This document shows, piece by piece, positions 62,299 through 64,000 of a DNA stretch of 64,000 nt. The first letter of the stretch is position 1; each line of letters opens with the position of its first letter. Origin of the DNA: an uncultured Candidatus Rokubacteria bacterium (GTDB taxonomy: Bacteria; Methylomirabilota; Methylomirabilia; Rokubacteriales; CSP1-6); NCBI GenBank assembly GCA_963758635.1, contig CAVWWD010000008.1, forward strand, positions 1,184,001 to 1,248,000, read 5' to 3'. The position numbers and the translations under genes were made by a program. The notes under the pieces were generated by a model. That model saw only the letters and a list, made by a program, of their open reading frames with translations, was not told where the DNA came from and searched no databases.

Positions 62299-62990
62299 TG
62301 CACAAGAGGGTGAGGGTGTCTCATATCTGACTTGACCGGGAGGCTTTCTTCTCTTTTTTTTTTTTTTGTCTCCCCGCCGGTGCCATATCGAGACGCCCCA
62401 TCCATCATTTTTTAGCCGGAGGAACGCGCGCTGGCCCCCGACACTCTGCAGATCCTGCTCGGCGAGCCGATCGAGCCGCATCTGGTTAACAAGAAAGGCC
62501 GGAATGCGCATCGTACCTGCTGGTCATACGCATGGCGTCTGATCGTTTGCTTCCGCATTGCTGTCGTGCGGCTCGGCATCAACGAGGACGACATCAACTA
62601 CATCAACGTCCGGCCGGCGAGCCTGGTGTCGCCCGCCCAGCGCGAGCGGCTCGCGCTCCTGAGCTACGACGTGTGGTGGCTTCTCGGCGAGGCGCCGACC
62701 GAGCCCGGCGACCTGCAGCCGCTCCCGGTCGAGCCGGACCGTTCGCCGTCCGGAGCGCGGTCGTTTGCCACGCCACGACAAGAAGGGCCGCGGCAATGGC
62801 CGGACTGGCGGCGACGTACCCGGTCGATCTGCAGCCCGGTACGAGCTCGTGCATTTGTGTCGCGTTCCTGGCTCCGCCGGACCATGCCAGCGGACGTGTC
62901 CGCACGGCGCGGGCGTCTCGGCACGGGGATGTACGGGCTCCCAGTGGTCAGATCACCGACGAGCACGGAGATAGAGGAAGGAGACACGAC

Positions 62991-63197
62991 ATGAGCGAGT
63001 CGACGGAGCGGACGGGGACGTGCGTCTCAGAGGCAATCGCCCACCTGAGGGCCGCGCTGCGCTTCCTCGAGCGGCACCGCGCCGCCGCGCGAGAGGAGGA
63101 GGACGCGGGGCGATGGGCGCGTTGGATCACCCAGGCCGTCACCCAGGCCAACACCGAGACCGGCGCGACGGCCGGCGACGAGGAGGAGACGCGATGA
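62991..63197 (+). CDS. Small hypothetical phage protein
   Basis: AGGAGA RBS, 68 aa, ATGA overlap with next ORF. Confidence 0.55.
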   Translation: MSESTERTGTCVSEAIAHLRAALRFLERHRAAAREEEDAGRWARWITQAVTQANTETGATAGDEEETR

Positions 63198-63574
63198 GCA
63201 GCTACCAGCGATGGACAAGGCCTCGATATGGGCGGCAAATAGATCTTCAAAGTGGACCCCGGGCGCCCATATCTGAGAGGCGATCCTCATAGGCTGTAAG
63301 GACGGCCAGTTCCGTCGACGGGCCCCGTGCATACGTCGAACTCACGACGAGACGCAGGGCGTATCACCTTCCCCGACGCCGACCCAGCTGTACCGCGACC
63401 TGTTTGTGAAGCTCGAGGTCTGGTGGGCGAGACGTTACGACATCACGTGCCTCGGCTGCAGCACGAGCAAGAAGGGTGGGAACGACTACCTCACCTTCGA
63501 GACCCAGAGTCCGGCGTGACAGCGCCGAGCCGTTGCTACGACGTGTTCGTCGATCCGATCGAGTAGCCGTGAGC

Positions 63575-64000
63575 GTGGCGTACCCGGACCCAGCAAGGTT
63601 CTATCACGATCGGCGGCCAGCGTCTACCCGAGCGTGACCACCATCCTGTCCGGGGCGATCAACAAGCCCGCGCTGGGCCCCTGGTACGCGAAGGAGGAGC
63701 GCCGTCACTTCGAGACGGCGCTCCTCGACGTGCTGGCGTAAGCCCGGCGCACGGGATCCCGAGTGGGTGCTCGGCGAGCTCGCCCAGGCCGTCGTCGGCG
63801 TCAAGGCCGCGGACCGCGCCAAGCAGCAGGCCGCGAGCATCGGCACCGCGGCGCACGCGCTCATCGAGTATCACCTCCGCGTGCAGCTCGGCGAGGATCC
63901 CGGCCCGCGGCCCGTCGTCCCGGATCCGGCGCTGTGGGCCTTCGAGGCGTGGAAGCGACTGGGCCGCCGAAGGTCAACCTCGTGCCGCTGGCCGTCGAGC
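63575..64000 (+). CDS. Phage PD-(D/E)XK exonuclease (Cas4/YqaJ-like), frameshifted, truncated by window
   Basis: RLPSVTTILSGAINKPALGPW...AASIGTAAHALIE N-terminal signature. Confidence 0.7.

Larger units (their letters stand above)
56667..64000. mobile_element. tRNA-Val-integrated prophage/phage-satellite-like element (continues beyond window)
   Basis: Integrase converging on tRNA 3' end, divergent Xis-HTH, primase, iteron hairpin, exonuclease. Confidence 0.85.

Noticed and set aside
62340..62370. Intrinsic terminator at the poly-T tract
   Set aside because: No convincing GC hairpin directly before the T-run, and homopolymer length is unreliable in this region
63575..64000. cas4 as evidence for a CRISPR-Cas locus
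   Set aside because: Solo PD-(D/E)XK nuclease in a phage-like context with no cas1/cas2 or array

Overview
Very GC-rich bacterial chromosome segment. The gene style (orphan Tat family-5 solute-binding protein, TMTC-like proteins, hpt-ftsH-folP-cdaA-glmM-acpS-nnr-tsaE order) suggests Ca. Rokubacteria/Methylomirabilota; this is an inference. Many single-base frameshifts in essential genes look like long-read consensus errors. Contents in order: (1) a type II secretion system on the minus strand (gspE,F then G,H,I,J,K,L,M,C,D, with a lipidated secretin), split by a ~5.3 kb insert holding a GT2, DsbA, toxin-antitoxin (TA) pairs and gene scraps; (2) aroQ, an ECF sigma fused in-frame to a hydrophobic helix plus exported domain, a 63-bp x6 palindromic tandem array, an acyl-CoA carboxyltransferase and TA cassettes; (3) a cobamide salvage/remodelling pathway in two blocks (cobS-cobC; riboswitch-cobU-cobT-btuFCD-riboswitch-btuB-cbiZ-tonB-cbiB), separated by hslR, three tandem TMTC-like GT-C/TPR genes and a 600-bp nested palindromic element; (4) housekeeping genes from argS to radC; (5) an inverted-repeat-bounded cassette with a 64-aa gene and DnaA-box-like motifs, a divergent pyrD and a higBA/integrase scar; (6) tRNA-Val(CAC) followed by an integrated phage-satellite/prophage-like element (integrase, CGNR-like protein, Xis, DUF3820/J-domain-like, primase, iteron hairpin, PD-(D/E)XK nuclease) running off the window. 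Best candidates for undescribed biology: the TMTC-like glycosylation cluster, the membrane-tethered ECF, the palindromic repeat families and the tRNA-Val satellite-like element. All family assignments come from motif recognition by eye, not database searches.
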